Shown: in pieces, positions 49,273 through 58,069 of the stretch
How positions within the stretch are numbered: position 1 is the stretch's first letter
Layout of the letters: every line of letters starts with the position of its first letter
Source: an uncultured Candidatus Izemoplasmatales bacterium
GTDB taxonomy: Bacteria > Bacillota_I > Bacilli_A > Izemoplasmatales > Hujiaoplasmataceae
Length of the DNA stretch: 64,000 nucleotides
Reading direction: 5' to 3'
NCBI GenBank assembly: GCA_964501315.1
Contig: CAZCSO010000004.1
Span: 24,179-88,178 of the forward strand
Notes under the pieces: model-generated
The model's database searches: none
What the model was told of the DNA's origin: nothing
Seen by the model: only the letters and a program-made list of their open reading frames with translations
Made by a program: the position numbers and the translations under genes

Positions 49273-49875
49273 TTATAATTCCTCCCATTTTAAAGTGTTA
49301 ATTAAAAAATCTTTTGTTCGTTCGTAATCATAGCTTTCCATTTTAGAAACTATTTCAATCATGCAATTATGCATTGGCATAAGGTCGAAATATCTTCCAC
49401 TATTTATAAAATAAGGACTATTTCGATATGCTTTTAGCTTATCTTCCGTTCCATAAATAATGCCAGTTTGTGCATTAATCATCATTGTGATTTTTAGCTT
49501 TTTAGTGTCTAAGTAAATGTTTTTATCATCATTTCTATTTGAAATACCATAATCTAATGGTGTTCCTCCGTGTGTTCCAAGAGTCATTTGTCCCTGAACT
49601 AATCCTTCAACAAATCTTCTTTGTTCATATGAACTAGAAGCTTTATAACCAAGCTTATTAACTTGTTCTTGAAATGGTTGTTTTTCTAGCCCAGAAGAAA
49701 AATTACTTATTCCGTTTAAAGTTTCAACATCGTGAATTAAAATCATTATGTCTTGACATTCCTCAAAAGAAAGACTTAATAATCCATTTGAAATTCTTGA
49801 GTCATGTAAATCAATTATTAATGAAATATATCTTGAAGAAAACTTTCCGCTCCTAGTAAATTTCCAAAAAAACAT
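49273..49875 (-). CDS. hypothetical 200-aa protein (first gene of the ORFan pair)
   Basis: ATG 49875 is preceded by AAAGGA. The ORF-track start at 49905 is a TTG extension. No recognisable motif. An extended -10 promoter TGATATAAT lies upstream on the minus strand, near 49939-49947. Confidence 0.6.
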   Translation of the reverse strand: MFFWKFTRSGKFSSRYISLIIDLHDSRISNGLLSLSFEECQDIMILIHDVETLNGISNFSSGLEKQPFQEQVNKLGYKASSSYEQRRFVEGLVQGQMTLGTHGGTPLDYGISNRNDDKNIYLDTKKLKITMMINAQTGIIYGTEDKLKAYRNSPYFINSGRYFDLMPMHNCMIEIVSKMESYDYERTKDFLINTLKWEEL

Positions 49876-49945
49876 ACATGTTATCCTTTCTATAAATTTT
49901 ATCAAAATGCTAAGTATGTATTGATATGACTCTATAATTATATCA

Positions 49946-50028
49946 TTTTTTTCTCAAAATTACTATTTTACGACTCTTTATTTAAGCTAAAAAAACATTT
50001 TTTCTCAAATTATTGAGGAAGTGACTCT
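49946..50028. repeat. two degenerate direct repeats of about 50 bp at the right edge of the island
   Basis: TTTTTTCTCAAAATTACT...GACTCT (49946-49977) and TTTTTTCTCAAATTATT...GACTCT (49998-50028). A third GACTCT is at 49928-49933. Confidence 0.6.
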
Positions 50029-50059
50029 AAAGAATCAATGAAAATAATCATATGGAGAC

Positions 50060-50091
50060 ATAAAAAACTGCCTAGATTTTACTCTAGACAG
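50060..50091 (-). terminator. rho-independent terminator of the TVP38-family gene
   Basis: On the minus strand, a 9-bp stem (50068-50076 / 50083-50091, one G-U pair) is followed by TTTTTTATGT. Confidence 0.7.
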
Positions 50092-50145
50092 TTATCGTTC
50101 ATATGTTGTGTGCTCATTTGAGCGTAATTTTTTTATTACTGTTTT

Positions 50146-50742
50146 TTAATGATGATTTCTCTTTACTAAGAGGAGAATAAAAAACAAAATCACATAAAAT
50201 AACGACAACCAAAGCACATTCAATGGATGTGATTGGACATCAAACAAACTCCCTAAAAAGACAAAAAACAAGATGATGACAAATCGAGAGGCAATCGTTA
50301 AACCCATATAATTCTTTAACTTAATGGATGTGAACGAAAGCGCATAATTCAAGATTGAGCTTGGTAAAAAGGGATTCGCCAAAAATACAAACATTAAACC
50401 TAAATTTGATTCGTTCGCAATGTTCAGGAACTTTCTTCCTACCTCATGATCTTCAATTTTGTCTCTAAATTTATTGGACAACGTTTTTCGGATAATCAAG
50501 AAAACTAATAACATACCTAAAAATGACCCTAAAACCGACAATAAGATGGTCAATAGGGTCCCGATGGTACCTCCAAAAGCCTGAGATAGTGCACTCAGAT
50601 TGATGCCAATCATCGCACCTAAAGGAAGCGTAGGAATGATGGCTTCTATGAAGGGGAGCAACATCGTCATCAACAATGCCAACCAATAGTATTCTGTTAT
50701 AAATTCCTGGTATTGATCAAAATAGGTTGTCAGTATTTCCAT
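50146..50742 (-). CDS. TVP38/TMEM64 (DedA-related) family membrane protein
   Basis: 198 aa, polytopic. LLPFIEAIIPTLPLGAMIGINL re-entrant loop pattern. Confidence 0.6.
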   Translation of the reverse strand: MEILTTYFDQYQEFITEYYWLALLMTMLLPFIEAIIPTLPLGAMIGINLSALSQAFGGTIGTLLTILLSVLGSFLGMLLVFLIIRKTLSNKFRDKIEDHEVGRKFLNIANESNLGLMFVFLANPFLPSSILNYALSFTSIKLKNYMGLTIASRFVIILFFVFLGSLFDVQSHPLNVLWLSLFYVILFFILLLVKRNHH

Positions 50743-50790
50743 AGCACACTCGATTCAAAAAAAGAGCATCACTCGGATGCTCTTAAATCA

Positions 50791-51801
50791 TTAAATAAGT
50801 TCTGAAAAATGTTTTAAGGTCCGAACCATTTGCGAGGTAAATGACATTTCATTGTCATACCACGTAATGACTTTAACCAATTGTTTGCCATCTACTTCCA
50901 TGACTTTTGTACTTAATGAATCAAATAAAGTTCCGTAAGTAATTCCGATAACGTCAGAGGATACAATGGGATCTTCGGTGTAGCCAACGGTTGGTGATTG
51001 AGCGGCTTTGACAGCAGCATTGACTTCTTCTTCGGTAACATTTCTCTTGAGTTCAACTACTAAGTCAACAACTGAACCCGTTACAACCGGAACACGCAAG
51101 GCGATTCCATCCATTTTACCTTTTAATTGTGGTAAAACAAGTCCAATGGCTTTGGCAGCGCCCGTTGATGCTGGAACAACGTTAGCGGCGGCAGCACGAC
51201 CACGACGTGAATAGATACCTGCTTTATGAGGTCCGTCAAGCGTTGCTTGGTCATTCGTGTAAGCATGAACAGTCGTCATGAATCCTTTTACAATTCCAAA
51301 ATTGTCATCTAAAATTTTTGCGATGGGTGCTAAGCAGTTTGTGGTGCAAGATGCAGCCGATAAAATCGTTTCAGTACCTGTTAATGTATCTTCATTAACA
51401 CCAAAAACAATGGTCGGAACGTCTTTTTCTTTAGCAGGAGCACTAATAACTACTTTACGTGCACCAGCCGTAATATGAGCAGCAGCTTTTTCTCTTGAAG
51501 TAAAGAAACCGGTGCATTCTAATACGACATCGACATTGTGTTTCTTCCAGGGTAATTCAACAGGGTCTTTCATGGCATAAACCGGAACTTTGACGCCTTC
51601 GACAACCAAATCGGTTCCTTCAAAACTAACTTGTTTGTTATAACGTCCTTGGCTCGTATCGTATTTTAATAAATACGCGAGTGATTCCGCATCCGTTAAG
51701 TCGTTTATGGCTACAATTTCAAACTCAGGGTTGCCAAACATCAAACGAAATGCTAGCCGTCCAATGCGGCCAAATCCATTAATTGCTACTTTGACAGACA
51801 T
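50791..51801 (-). CDS. gap: type I glyceraldehyde-3-phosphate dehydrogenase
   Basis: [25 protein letters not shown] (active-site Cys), WYDNEMSF. Confidence 0.97.
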   Translation of the reverse strand: MSVKVAINGFGRIGRLAFRLMFGNPEFEIVAINDLTDAESLAYLLKYDTSQGRYNKQVSFEGTDLVVEGVKVPVYAMKDPVELPWKKHNVDVVLECTGFFTSREKAAAHITAGARKVVISAPAKEKDVPTIVFGVNEDTLTGTETILSAASCTTNCLAPIAKILDDNFGIVKGFMTTVHAYTNDQATLDGPHKAGIYSRRGRAAAANVVPASTGAAKAIGLVLPQLKGKMDGIALRVPVVTGSVVDLVVELKRNVTEEEVNAAVKAAQSPTVGYTEDPIVSSDVIGITYGTLFDSLSTKVMEVDGKQLVKVITWYDNEMSFTSQMVRTLKHFSELI

Positions 51802-51921
51802 AATCTATCCTCCTATTTATTAGTGAAACTATCTACACTACTATATTACGATATTTTTCCTCTTTTTACAAGAATTCATCTCATTAAAACGTTTTCAAAA
51901 GCAAAACGAATCAATATCTTA

Positions 51922-51967
51922 TTAAAAAATAAAAACAACCCTCAGTTTCATTGACTCAAGGGTTGTT
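51922..51967 (-). terminator. rho-independent terminator of the spx-like gene
   Basis: Stem AACAACCC/GGGTTGTT (51934-51941 / 51960-51967), followed by a T-run on the minus strand. Confidence 0.6.
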
Positions 51968-51973
51968 AATCAT

Positions 51974-52417
51974 TTAAAGTGTCCGTGCTTTTTTTATAGC
52001 TGCTTTAACACACATTTTGTATTCGCAGTTTTCGGTGCATTCATCACAACGAACTGCTTCTCTGAATTTACGAGGAATGAAGGCTCGAATTTCATCTTCG
52101 TTGTACCCCGTTTGCATGATTTTATCATTGATGATAATTGGACGTTTGAGAATCGTAGGATTGTCGATAATAAAATCGGCTAATTCACCAAAACGCATTT
52201 CATCGGTCTCTAATTGATTGTCTTTAAATATCTTGGAACGAGTTGAAATAATATCTTCAAATCCGTTTTCGGAAAATTTAAGCATATTGATGATGTCATC
52301 GCGCGTTAATCGAATCCCAACAATATTTTTTTCTTTGTAAGGAATGCGATTTTCTTCAAGCCATTTCTTTGCTTTCCGACACGATGAGCAACTTGAACTC
52401 GTATATAGTGTGATCAT
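51974..52417 (-). CDS. spx: Spx/ArsC-family redox-sensing regulator with a Cys-rich C-terminal extension
   Basis: MITLYTSSSCSSCRKAKKWL (CxxC), IISTRSKIF, LKRPIIIN, GYNEDEIRAFIPRK. The start at ATG 52417 follows GAGGGA. The tail is RCDECTENCEYKMC. Confidence 0.85.
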   Translation of the reverse strand: MITLYTSSSCSSCRKAKKWLEENRIPYKEKNIVGIRLTRDDIINMLKFSENGFEDIISTRSKIFKDNQLETDEMRFGELADFIIDNPTILKRPIIINDKIMQTGYNEDEIRAFIPRKFREAVRCDECTENCEYKMCVKAAIKKARTL

Positions 52418-52527
52418 TGGCTTATCCCTCACTTTCAGTATCACTATTATATCATATTCATTGAATATGTAAAAACATTTTCGTATAAATATGTTATAAT
52501 GAAACTAATAAAAATTGGAGGTTCATC

Positions 52528-54291
52528 ATGAAATGGGATTTATCGTATCTATTTAACACTCAACAAGATTTCGATAATGCTTTGAATCAAACCATGAGTA
52601 TTATCGAACAATTAGCTACCTATAAAGGAAAACTTAACCAAGAAGACCAATTTGTAGCGTATTACTTACTTCAAAAAGAACTTACGAAAATTGGATTACG
52701 GGCCTATCAATACGCCTCTCTCAAAAGCGATTTAAACAAAAAGGATTCTGAAAGCAGTAAGCAACTTCAAAAGGTTCAAATCGGATTCGCTAAATTATCC
52801 GAAGCCTGTGCCTTTGAAGAACCCGAACTGATTCAAATCGGTAAAGAGACGGTTATGAAATTTGCGCATAATCATCCAGAACTAAAAGAATTTATCTTTG
52901 GTTTTGAAAAGTTGTTCCGTCGCCAAGACCACATTTTAGACGATCAATCAGGAGCTTTGCTGGCAAACTTCAATCGTTTAGGTAATTCTGGAAGAGAACT
53001 CTATAGCTCTTTATCTGTCGCTGATATCGAAAATCAAGATGTCATGCTTGATAATGGAGAAATCGTCGCTATATCGAATTCGAACTATCGTGCGTACATT
53101 GCCAAAAGCAATAGCCCAAAAGAACGAGAAGACATTTTTAAATCCGTATTTTCTTACTACGACGTTCATAAGCATACTTATGCATCCATTTACCAAACCG
53201 TTCTTGAAAGCGATTATGCGTGGATGAGGGCAAAAAAATACAACACTTGTTTAGAGAGTTATTTGTATAACAACGCTATTCCTGTTGAAGTATATCATTC
53301 CTTAACGCAAGTTGCTCGTGAATCAACTTCTGCTGTAAAAAAATACATTCAACTTCGGAAAAAGGCATTAGGTCTTGACACGTATCATACTTACGATCGG
53401 TTCATCGACTTAGTCAAATCCGATAAAGAATACGAATTTGATGAAGCGAAAAGTTTATTCTTTCAATCCATTTCTCATTTTCCTGAAGATTTCCAAGCCA
53501 AAGCCCGTGAGGTTTTAAAAGAAGGATTCGTAGACGTATACGAACAAGAAGGAAAACGAACTGGTGCTTATTCTTCTTCAATGCCCGATCTTCATCCCTA
53601 CATTCTCCTGAATTATTCGAAAACGTTAGGCGATGTCTTTACGGTTGCTCACGAAGCTGGACATTCAATGCATTCGATGTATGCTGCCGAAGGTCAACCC
53701 GCCGCATTACAAGATTATACCATCTTTGTCGCCGAAGTGGCTTCTACGTTTAATGAACATAACCTATTGGATCACATTATCAAAAATAGCGATGCTTCTA
53801 AAAACGACAAGATTGCGTTATTACAACGGGCGATTGACGACATCATGGCTACGTTCTATCGTCAAACGTTATTCGCAATTTACGAATTAGAAACGCATAA
53901 GTTGATTGAAACTAATCAACCCATCACTGCTGATGTGTTAAGCGGAATCATGATTTCGCTCTATAAAGAGTTTTATGACCTCGACATCACTCAAGAAGAA
54001 GTTAAGCAGTATGTATGGGCGTATATTCCACATCTATTCTATACTCCGTTTTACGTATATCAGTACGCAACGAGTTTTGCGGCTTCCTTAAAAATCTACG
54101 AAGATGTCAAACATCAAATACCGGGTGCATTTGATCGTTATATCGGTCTACTGAAATCCGGTGGAAGCAAGTTCCCAGTGGATCAATTAAAAGAAGCTGG
54201 CGTCGATTTGACGAAAAAAGATGCCTTTATTGCCGTTTCAAATCGTTTATCAGAACTTGTTGATCAATTAGCACTTGAACTAGAAAACTAA
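52528..54291 (+). CDS. pepF: oligoendopeptidase F (M3B family)
   Basis: 587 aa. TVAHEAGHSMH is the HExxH motif, followed by a downstream E ligand region. Confidence 0.9.
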   Translation: MKWDLSYLFNTQQDFDNALNQTMSIIEQLATYKGKLNQEDQFVAYYLLQKELTKIGLRAYQYASLKSDLNKKDSESSKQLQKVQIGFAKLSEACAFEEPELIQIGKETVMKFAHNHPELKEFIFGFEKLFRRQDHILDDQSGALLANFNRLGNSGRELYSSLSVADIENQDVMLDNGEIVAISNSNYRAYIAKSNSPKEREDIFKSVFSYYDVHKHTYASIYQTVLESDYAWMRAKKYNTCLESYLYNNAIPVEVYHSLTQVARESTSAVKKYIQLRKKALGLDTYHTYDRFIDLVKSDKEYEFDEAKSLFFQSISHFPEDFQAKAREVLKEGFVDVYEQEGKRTGAYSSSMPDLHPYILLNYSKTLGDVFTVAHEAGHSMHSMYAAEGQPAALQDYTIFVAEVASTFNEHNLLDHIIKNSDASKNDKIALLQRAIDDIMATFYRQTLFAIYELETHKLIETNQPITADVLSGIMISLYKEFYDLDITQEEVKQYVWAYIPHLFYTPFYVYQYATSFAASLKIYEDVKHQIPGAFDRYIGLLKSGGSKFPVDQLKEAGVDLTKKDAFIAVSNRLSELVDQLALELEN

Positions 54292-54303
54292 GCGTGATAT
54301 AAT
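54275..54303 (+). promoter_or_regulatory. promoter of the trpS T-box leader (overlaps the pepF 3' end)
   Basis: TTGAAC (54275-54280), 17-nt spacer, TATAAT (54298-54303) preceded by TGA (extended -10). Confidence 0.55.
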
Positions 54304-54309
54304 ACAACC

Positions 54310-54522
54310 AATCAGAAAACAATGATCCGGAATAGTAGTGAGGACACTTCTTCCATAGTGAGTCAGGGTGAGTGGAAACCTGATGATGAAGACTGACGAA
54401 TGGGCCGGTAAGTGATGCTAATCCCATCCGCTAACCGCGTTAAAAGTATTAAGCGCTAGGAAACTAGAACAAAGGTGGCACCGCGATAAAATCGTCCTTT
54501 TTAAGGGCGATTTTTTATTTTT
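54310..54522 (+). promoter_or_regulatory. T-box riboswitch leader of trpS (specifier UGG)
   Basis: Specifier context GAA-UGG-G (TGG at 54401-54403). T-box AACAAAGGTGGCACCGCG (54468-54485). Terminator stem ATCGTCC/GGGCGAT followed by TTTTTTATTTTT. Confidence 0.85.
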
Positions 54523-54535
54523 AGGAGGAACAATC

Positions 54536-55537
54536 ATGAAACGAATTTTATCAGGAATTAAACCGACTGGAGAACTGACTCTCGGCAATTACATCGGCGC
54601 TATAAAACGCTTTGTCGAGTTGCAACAATCCATGCCTAACGATGAATTCTATCTTTTCATCGCGGATTTGCATGCGATTACAACACCCCAAGATCCATCT
54701 GAACTGCGTCGGCGAACCAAAGATATCGCTGCGATGTATTTGGCAGCTGGACTCGATCCGGAGCGTACGGTTTTATTCATTCAATCAGAAATCAAAGAAC
54801 ACGTTGAATTGGGGTATTTACTTCAATGTTACACGTATATGGGCGAACTCGAACGCATGACCCAATACAAAGACAAACAAAAAAAAGGTGAAACCAATTT
54901 GACCTCATCCTTGTTTACCTATCCCGCATTAATGGCAGCGGACATTATTTTATACGATGCCGATTATGTTCCCGTTGGCGATGATCAAAAACAACACGTT
55001 GAATTAACCCGTGATATCGCCCAACGATTTAATAATCGTTATCGCCCGTTTTTCAATGTTCCCGAACCCATCATTCCTAAGGTTGGAGCGAGAATCATGG
55101 ATCTTCAGGATCCAACTAAGAAAATGAGTAAGTCCGATTCATCCGATAAAGGGTATATTTCTCTGTTTGATTCTCCGGATATTATCAAGAAAAAAATAAA
55201 ATCGGCGGTCACGGATTCAGTCGGTATCATACAATATGATCCCGAAGGTCAGCCGGGGCTTGCAAATTTGCTATCAATCCATTCGGTATTATCACATCAA
55301 TCCATTGATTCGATTGTTGATACGTATAAGGATCAAGGCTACGGTGCGTTTAAAAACGCAGTGGCTGAACGAGTTGCTTCTGAACTGAAAGAACTTCAAG
55401 ACCGATATCAAAACGTCATTCAATCAGGACAATTGGATGCCATACTAGATAGAGGAAAATTGATTGCGGGTCAAGTAGCTTATAAGAAACTAGAGAAGTG
55501 CAAACAAATTATCGGATTAGGCCGTAAAAGATCATAA
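54536..55537 (+). CDS. trpS: tryptophan--tRNA ligase
   Basis: SGIKPTGELTLGNYIG (HIGH-type region), KMSKS at KKMSKSD. 333 aa. Confidence 0.96.
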   Translation: MKRILSGIKPTGELTLGNYIGAIKRFVELQQSMPNDEFYLFIADLHAITTPQDPSELRRRTKDIAAMYLAAGLDPERTVLFIQSEIKEHVELGYLLQCYTYMGELERMTQYKDKQKKGETNLTSSLFTYPALMAADIILYDADYVPVGDDQKQHVELTRDIAQRFNNRYRPFFNVPEPIIPKVGARIMDLQDPTKKMSKSDSSDKGYISLFDSPDIIKKKIKSAVTDSVGIIQYDPEGQPGLANLLSIHSVLSHQSIDSIVDTYKDQGYGAFKNAVAERVASELKELQDRYQNVIQSGQLDAILDRGKLIAGQVAYKKLEKCKQIIGLGRKRS

Positions 55538-55566
55538 AAAAATGCAGCGATAAGCTGCATTATTTC
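55536..55566. terminator. bidirectional rho-independent terminator between trpS and ptsH
   Basis: A-run, stem ATGCAGC/GCTGCAT (55542-55560), then T-rich tail. It overlaps the ptsH stop. Confidence 0.75.
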
Positions 55567-55826
55567 ATTTGATTGATATCATTTATGGTTCGTTGAATTG
55601 CTTCAAATGCTTCGTTCTCATCGTCACCGTCAAAGGTGATTTTAAACAAAACATTTTGGGGGATGGCTAGCGACATGACACCCATTATGGATTTAAGTGG
55701 GACACGGATATCGTTGTATTCCAAGATCATTTTTGATGCATAATTGGTCGCTTTGCTGACCAGCATGGTTGCTGGACGTGCATGCATACCAAAAGCATAC
55801 GTAATTTTAAATTTGGCTTCAATCAT
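55560..55826 (-). CDS. ptsH: phosphocarrier protein HPr
   Basis: 88 aa. GMHARPAT contains His15 and KSIMGVMSL contains Ser46. Confidence 0.9.
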   Translation of the reverse strand: MIEAKFKITYAFGMHARPATMLVSKATNYASKMILEYNDIRVPLKSIMGVMSLAIPQNVLFKITFDGDDENEAFEAIQRTINDINQMK

Positions 55827-55828
55827 GA

Positions 55829-56239
55829 TTATCGCTCCTCTATGTTCTTTGTGATATAGTCGACAAGCGGTTGGGTATTGGTTGGTAGAATAAATTTGAT
55901 TGCTTTTCCACTTACAAAGATACCCAAAGCACCTAATTTTTTAATGGACTCCAAGTCGCATCGTTTAACATCGTTAACCTTGATGTTCAATCGTGCTCCT
56001 TCTTGTGAGGCGTCGCTGATGTTGTCAAGTCCGCCTAAATGATCAATAATCGTTACGATCATCGAAGCATCAATCGGAACTTCAGCTTTTTGATTTGGTT
56101 TTTTCTTGATGCCAATCAAAATTGCAATCAAAACCGATGCGAAGATGACAACTCCCATCAACAAATACACCCAAATGGTGTTCGCAACGGCAAAAAATGA
56201 AGTTATAGAAATAAGTAACGGTGATGAAATAATCATCAA
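55829..56239 (-). CDS. membrane-anchored PTS EIIB(Glc)-like domain protein lacking the phospho-cysteine
   Basis: Two N-terminal TM helices. LGGLDNISDASQEGARLNIKVND aligns with the EIIB block GGxxNIxxxxxCxTRLRxxVxD, with Glu in place of Cys. Confidence 0.6.
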   Translation of the reverse strand: MMIISSPLLISITSFFAVANTIWVYLLMGVVIFASVLIAILIGIKKKPNQKAEVPIDASMIVTIIDHLGGLDNISDASQEGARLNIKVNDVKRCDLESIKKLGALGIFVSGKAIKFILPTNTQPLVDYITKNIEER

Positions 56240-56367
56240 ATCACCTCTGTATATAATATTTTATCATAATTTATGAAAATGCAACGATAGTTTATTAAAA
56301 ATCGTCAGTGACTTGTATTCGATTGAAAATTGGGCTATAATTGTCAAGAGACGAAGGAGTGTATAAA

Positions 56368-56862
56368 ATGACAAAAGTATGTGAAGCGATTATCGAAATT
56401 CCAATGGGAACACAGAACAAATACGAAGTTGATAAAAAACGCAATCGCATTAAACTAAATCGAGTCTTGTATTCAAAGATGACATATCCTGCAGAATATG
56501 GGTTTATTGAAGAGACACTCGCCGAAGACGGAGATCCCTTAGATATTCTCGTATTGGCAACCACTCAGACATTCCCTGGATGCATCGTCGATGCGAGAAT
56601 TGTTGGTTATCTCGATATGTACGATTCTGGAGAGCACGATGAAAAAATCATCGCTGTAGTCGATGCGGATCCTCGATTCAATCACATCAACGACATTACC
56701 GATATTCAAGAATTGCAGCTTAGAGAGATAAAGTTATTCTTCCGTACTTACAAGGAACTTCAACCAGGGCATGATGTCGTTGTATTGGACTATTATTCTC
56801 GTGAAGAAGCCATCAATTTGCTGACGAAATATCAAAATGCATATAAAAAACAAGGAAAATAA
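56368..56862 (+). CDS. ppa: family I inorganic pyrophosphatase
   Basis: IEIPMGTQNKYEVDK, DGDPLDILVL, KIIAV..DP. The start at ATG 56368 follows AGGAG. Confidence 0.93.
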   Translation: MTKVCEAIIEIPMGTQNKYEVDKKRNRIKLNRVLYSKMTYPAEYGFIEETLAEDGDPLDILVLATTQTFPGCIVDARIVGYLDMYDSGEHDEKIIAVVDADPRFNHINDITDIQELQLREIKLFFRTYKELQPGHDVVVLDYYSREEAINLLTKYQNAYKKQGK

Positions 56863-56887
56863 AAAAGGACAGTTGTCCTTTTTTTTA
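56861..56887. terminator. bidirectional rho-independent terminator
   Basis: AAAAAAGGACAGTTGTCCTTTTTTTT between convergent genes. Confidence 0.8.
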
Positions 56888-58054
56888 TGAAACGACGACT
56901 TGACCATTGACCAAAACATAATTTGGTTTTGCCATATAGTACAACGGATGATGACTCCATATGACGATGTCCGCATCTTTTCCTGGCTCAATCGAACCGA
57001 CACGGTGATCAATGTTATTGATTTTCGCTGCATGAATGGTAACTGCTTTTAGCGCTTCCAGTTCGGGAAGTCCTTCTTTGACAAAAAGCCCAACTTGCGT
57101 TAACGCGTTCGCAAGGTGAATCACTGGATGATCGGTCATGATTGCAAATTCGATGCCAGCATCATGTAGGATTTTACCAGCCTTAAATGTTTTATTTCTT
57201 AATTCGTATTTGGATTTAGAACCTAAGGTAGGGCCAATAATGACACGTTGATGGTATTTGGTTAAATAATCGGTAATCAAATAACCTTCGGTCGCGTGTT
57301 CGATGGTCGCATTGAGGTTAAATTCTTGAATAATGCGGATGGCAGTGACGATATCATCTTGTTGATGTGCATGAATTTTTACTGGAAAGCCATCAAAGAC
57401 GCGAGCGAGTGAATGCCACTTAAGACTAAACTCAGGTTTAGCTACTTCTTTTCCTTCTTTTATATCTGATTCATACTTGTCCATCTTTGCCTTATATTCT
57501 TTGGCTTTAATCAATGCATCGCGAATAAGGGCCGCACTGGCCATTCGTGTTTGAGGCGATTGAGCTTTACCATTGTATACTCGTTTAGGATTTTCACCCA
57601 AGGCCATTTTCATCGATGATTCAAAAACAACCATCATATCGTCTATCGTTTTACCGTATGTCTTTAGGACGCAGAACGTCCCCCCGATAACATTTGCGCT
57701 TCCAGGGCCAGTCACGACGGTTGTGACGCCTGCTTGTAACGCTTCTTCAAAAGCAACGTCTTGTGGCTTAATGGCGTCAATAGAACGTAATTCAGGAAGA
57801 ACCGGATTGGTCATTTCATTGCCATCTGCACCTTCAAATCCAATTGCTTCTTCAAAAATCCCTATGTGACAGTGTGGGTCAACAATTCCAGGCGTCACAA
57901 ATCGTTTTTCAGCGTCAATCACGGTGGCACTTGGGTAATCTTTTTCAGAAAAATGACCGACGGCCTTGATTACATTTCCTTCGACAAGAATATCGCTCAG
58001 TTCATAATTGATTTCTGCCATTGAAATTAGTTGAGCATTTTTAATGAGTATCAT
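56885..58054 (-). CDS. amidohydrolase-superfamily metal-dependent hydrolase
   Basis: TPGIVDPHCHIG contains the HxH metal motif. 389 aa. C-terminal GSIEPGKDADIVIW. Confidence 0.8.
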   Translation of the reverse strand: MILIKNAQLISMAEINYELSDILVEGNVIKAVGHFSEKDYPSATVIDAEKRFVTPGIVDPHCHIGIFEEAIGFEGADGNEMTNPVLPELRSIDAIKPQDVAFEEALQAGVTTVVTGPGSANVIGGTFCVLKTYGKTIDDMMVVFESSMKMALGENPKRVYNGKAQSPQTRMASAALIRDALIKAKEYKAKMDKYESDIKEGKEVAKPEFSLKWHSLARVFDGFPVKIHAHQQDDIVTAIRIIQEFNLNATIEHATEGYLITDYLTKYHQRVIIGPTLGSKSKYELRNKTFKAGKILHDAGIEFAIMTDHPVIHLANALTQVGLFVKEGLPELEALKAVTIHAAKINNIDHRVGSIEPGKDADIVIWSHHPLYYMAKPNYVLVNGQVVVS

Positions 58055-58069
58055 TATTTCCTCCTATTG

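Noticed and set aside
54227-54427. 66-aa minus-strand ORF between pepF and trpS.
   Set aside because: The region is explained by the trpS T-box leader on the plus strand, and the ORF is antisense to it.
56295-56564. 89-aa minus-strand ORF, and 56734-57033 (99 aa), around ppa.
   Set aside because: Both are antisense to, or overlapping, the well-supported ppa and amidohydrolase genes, and neither has translation signals.
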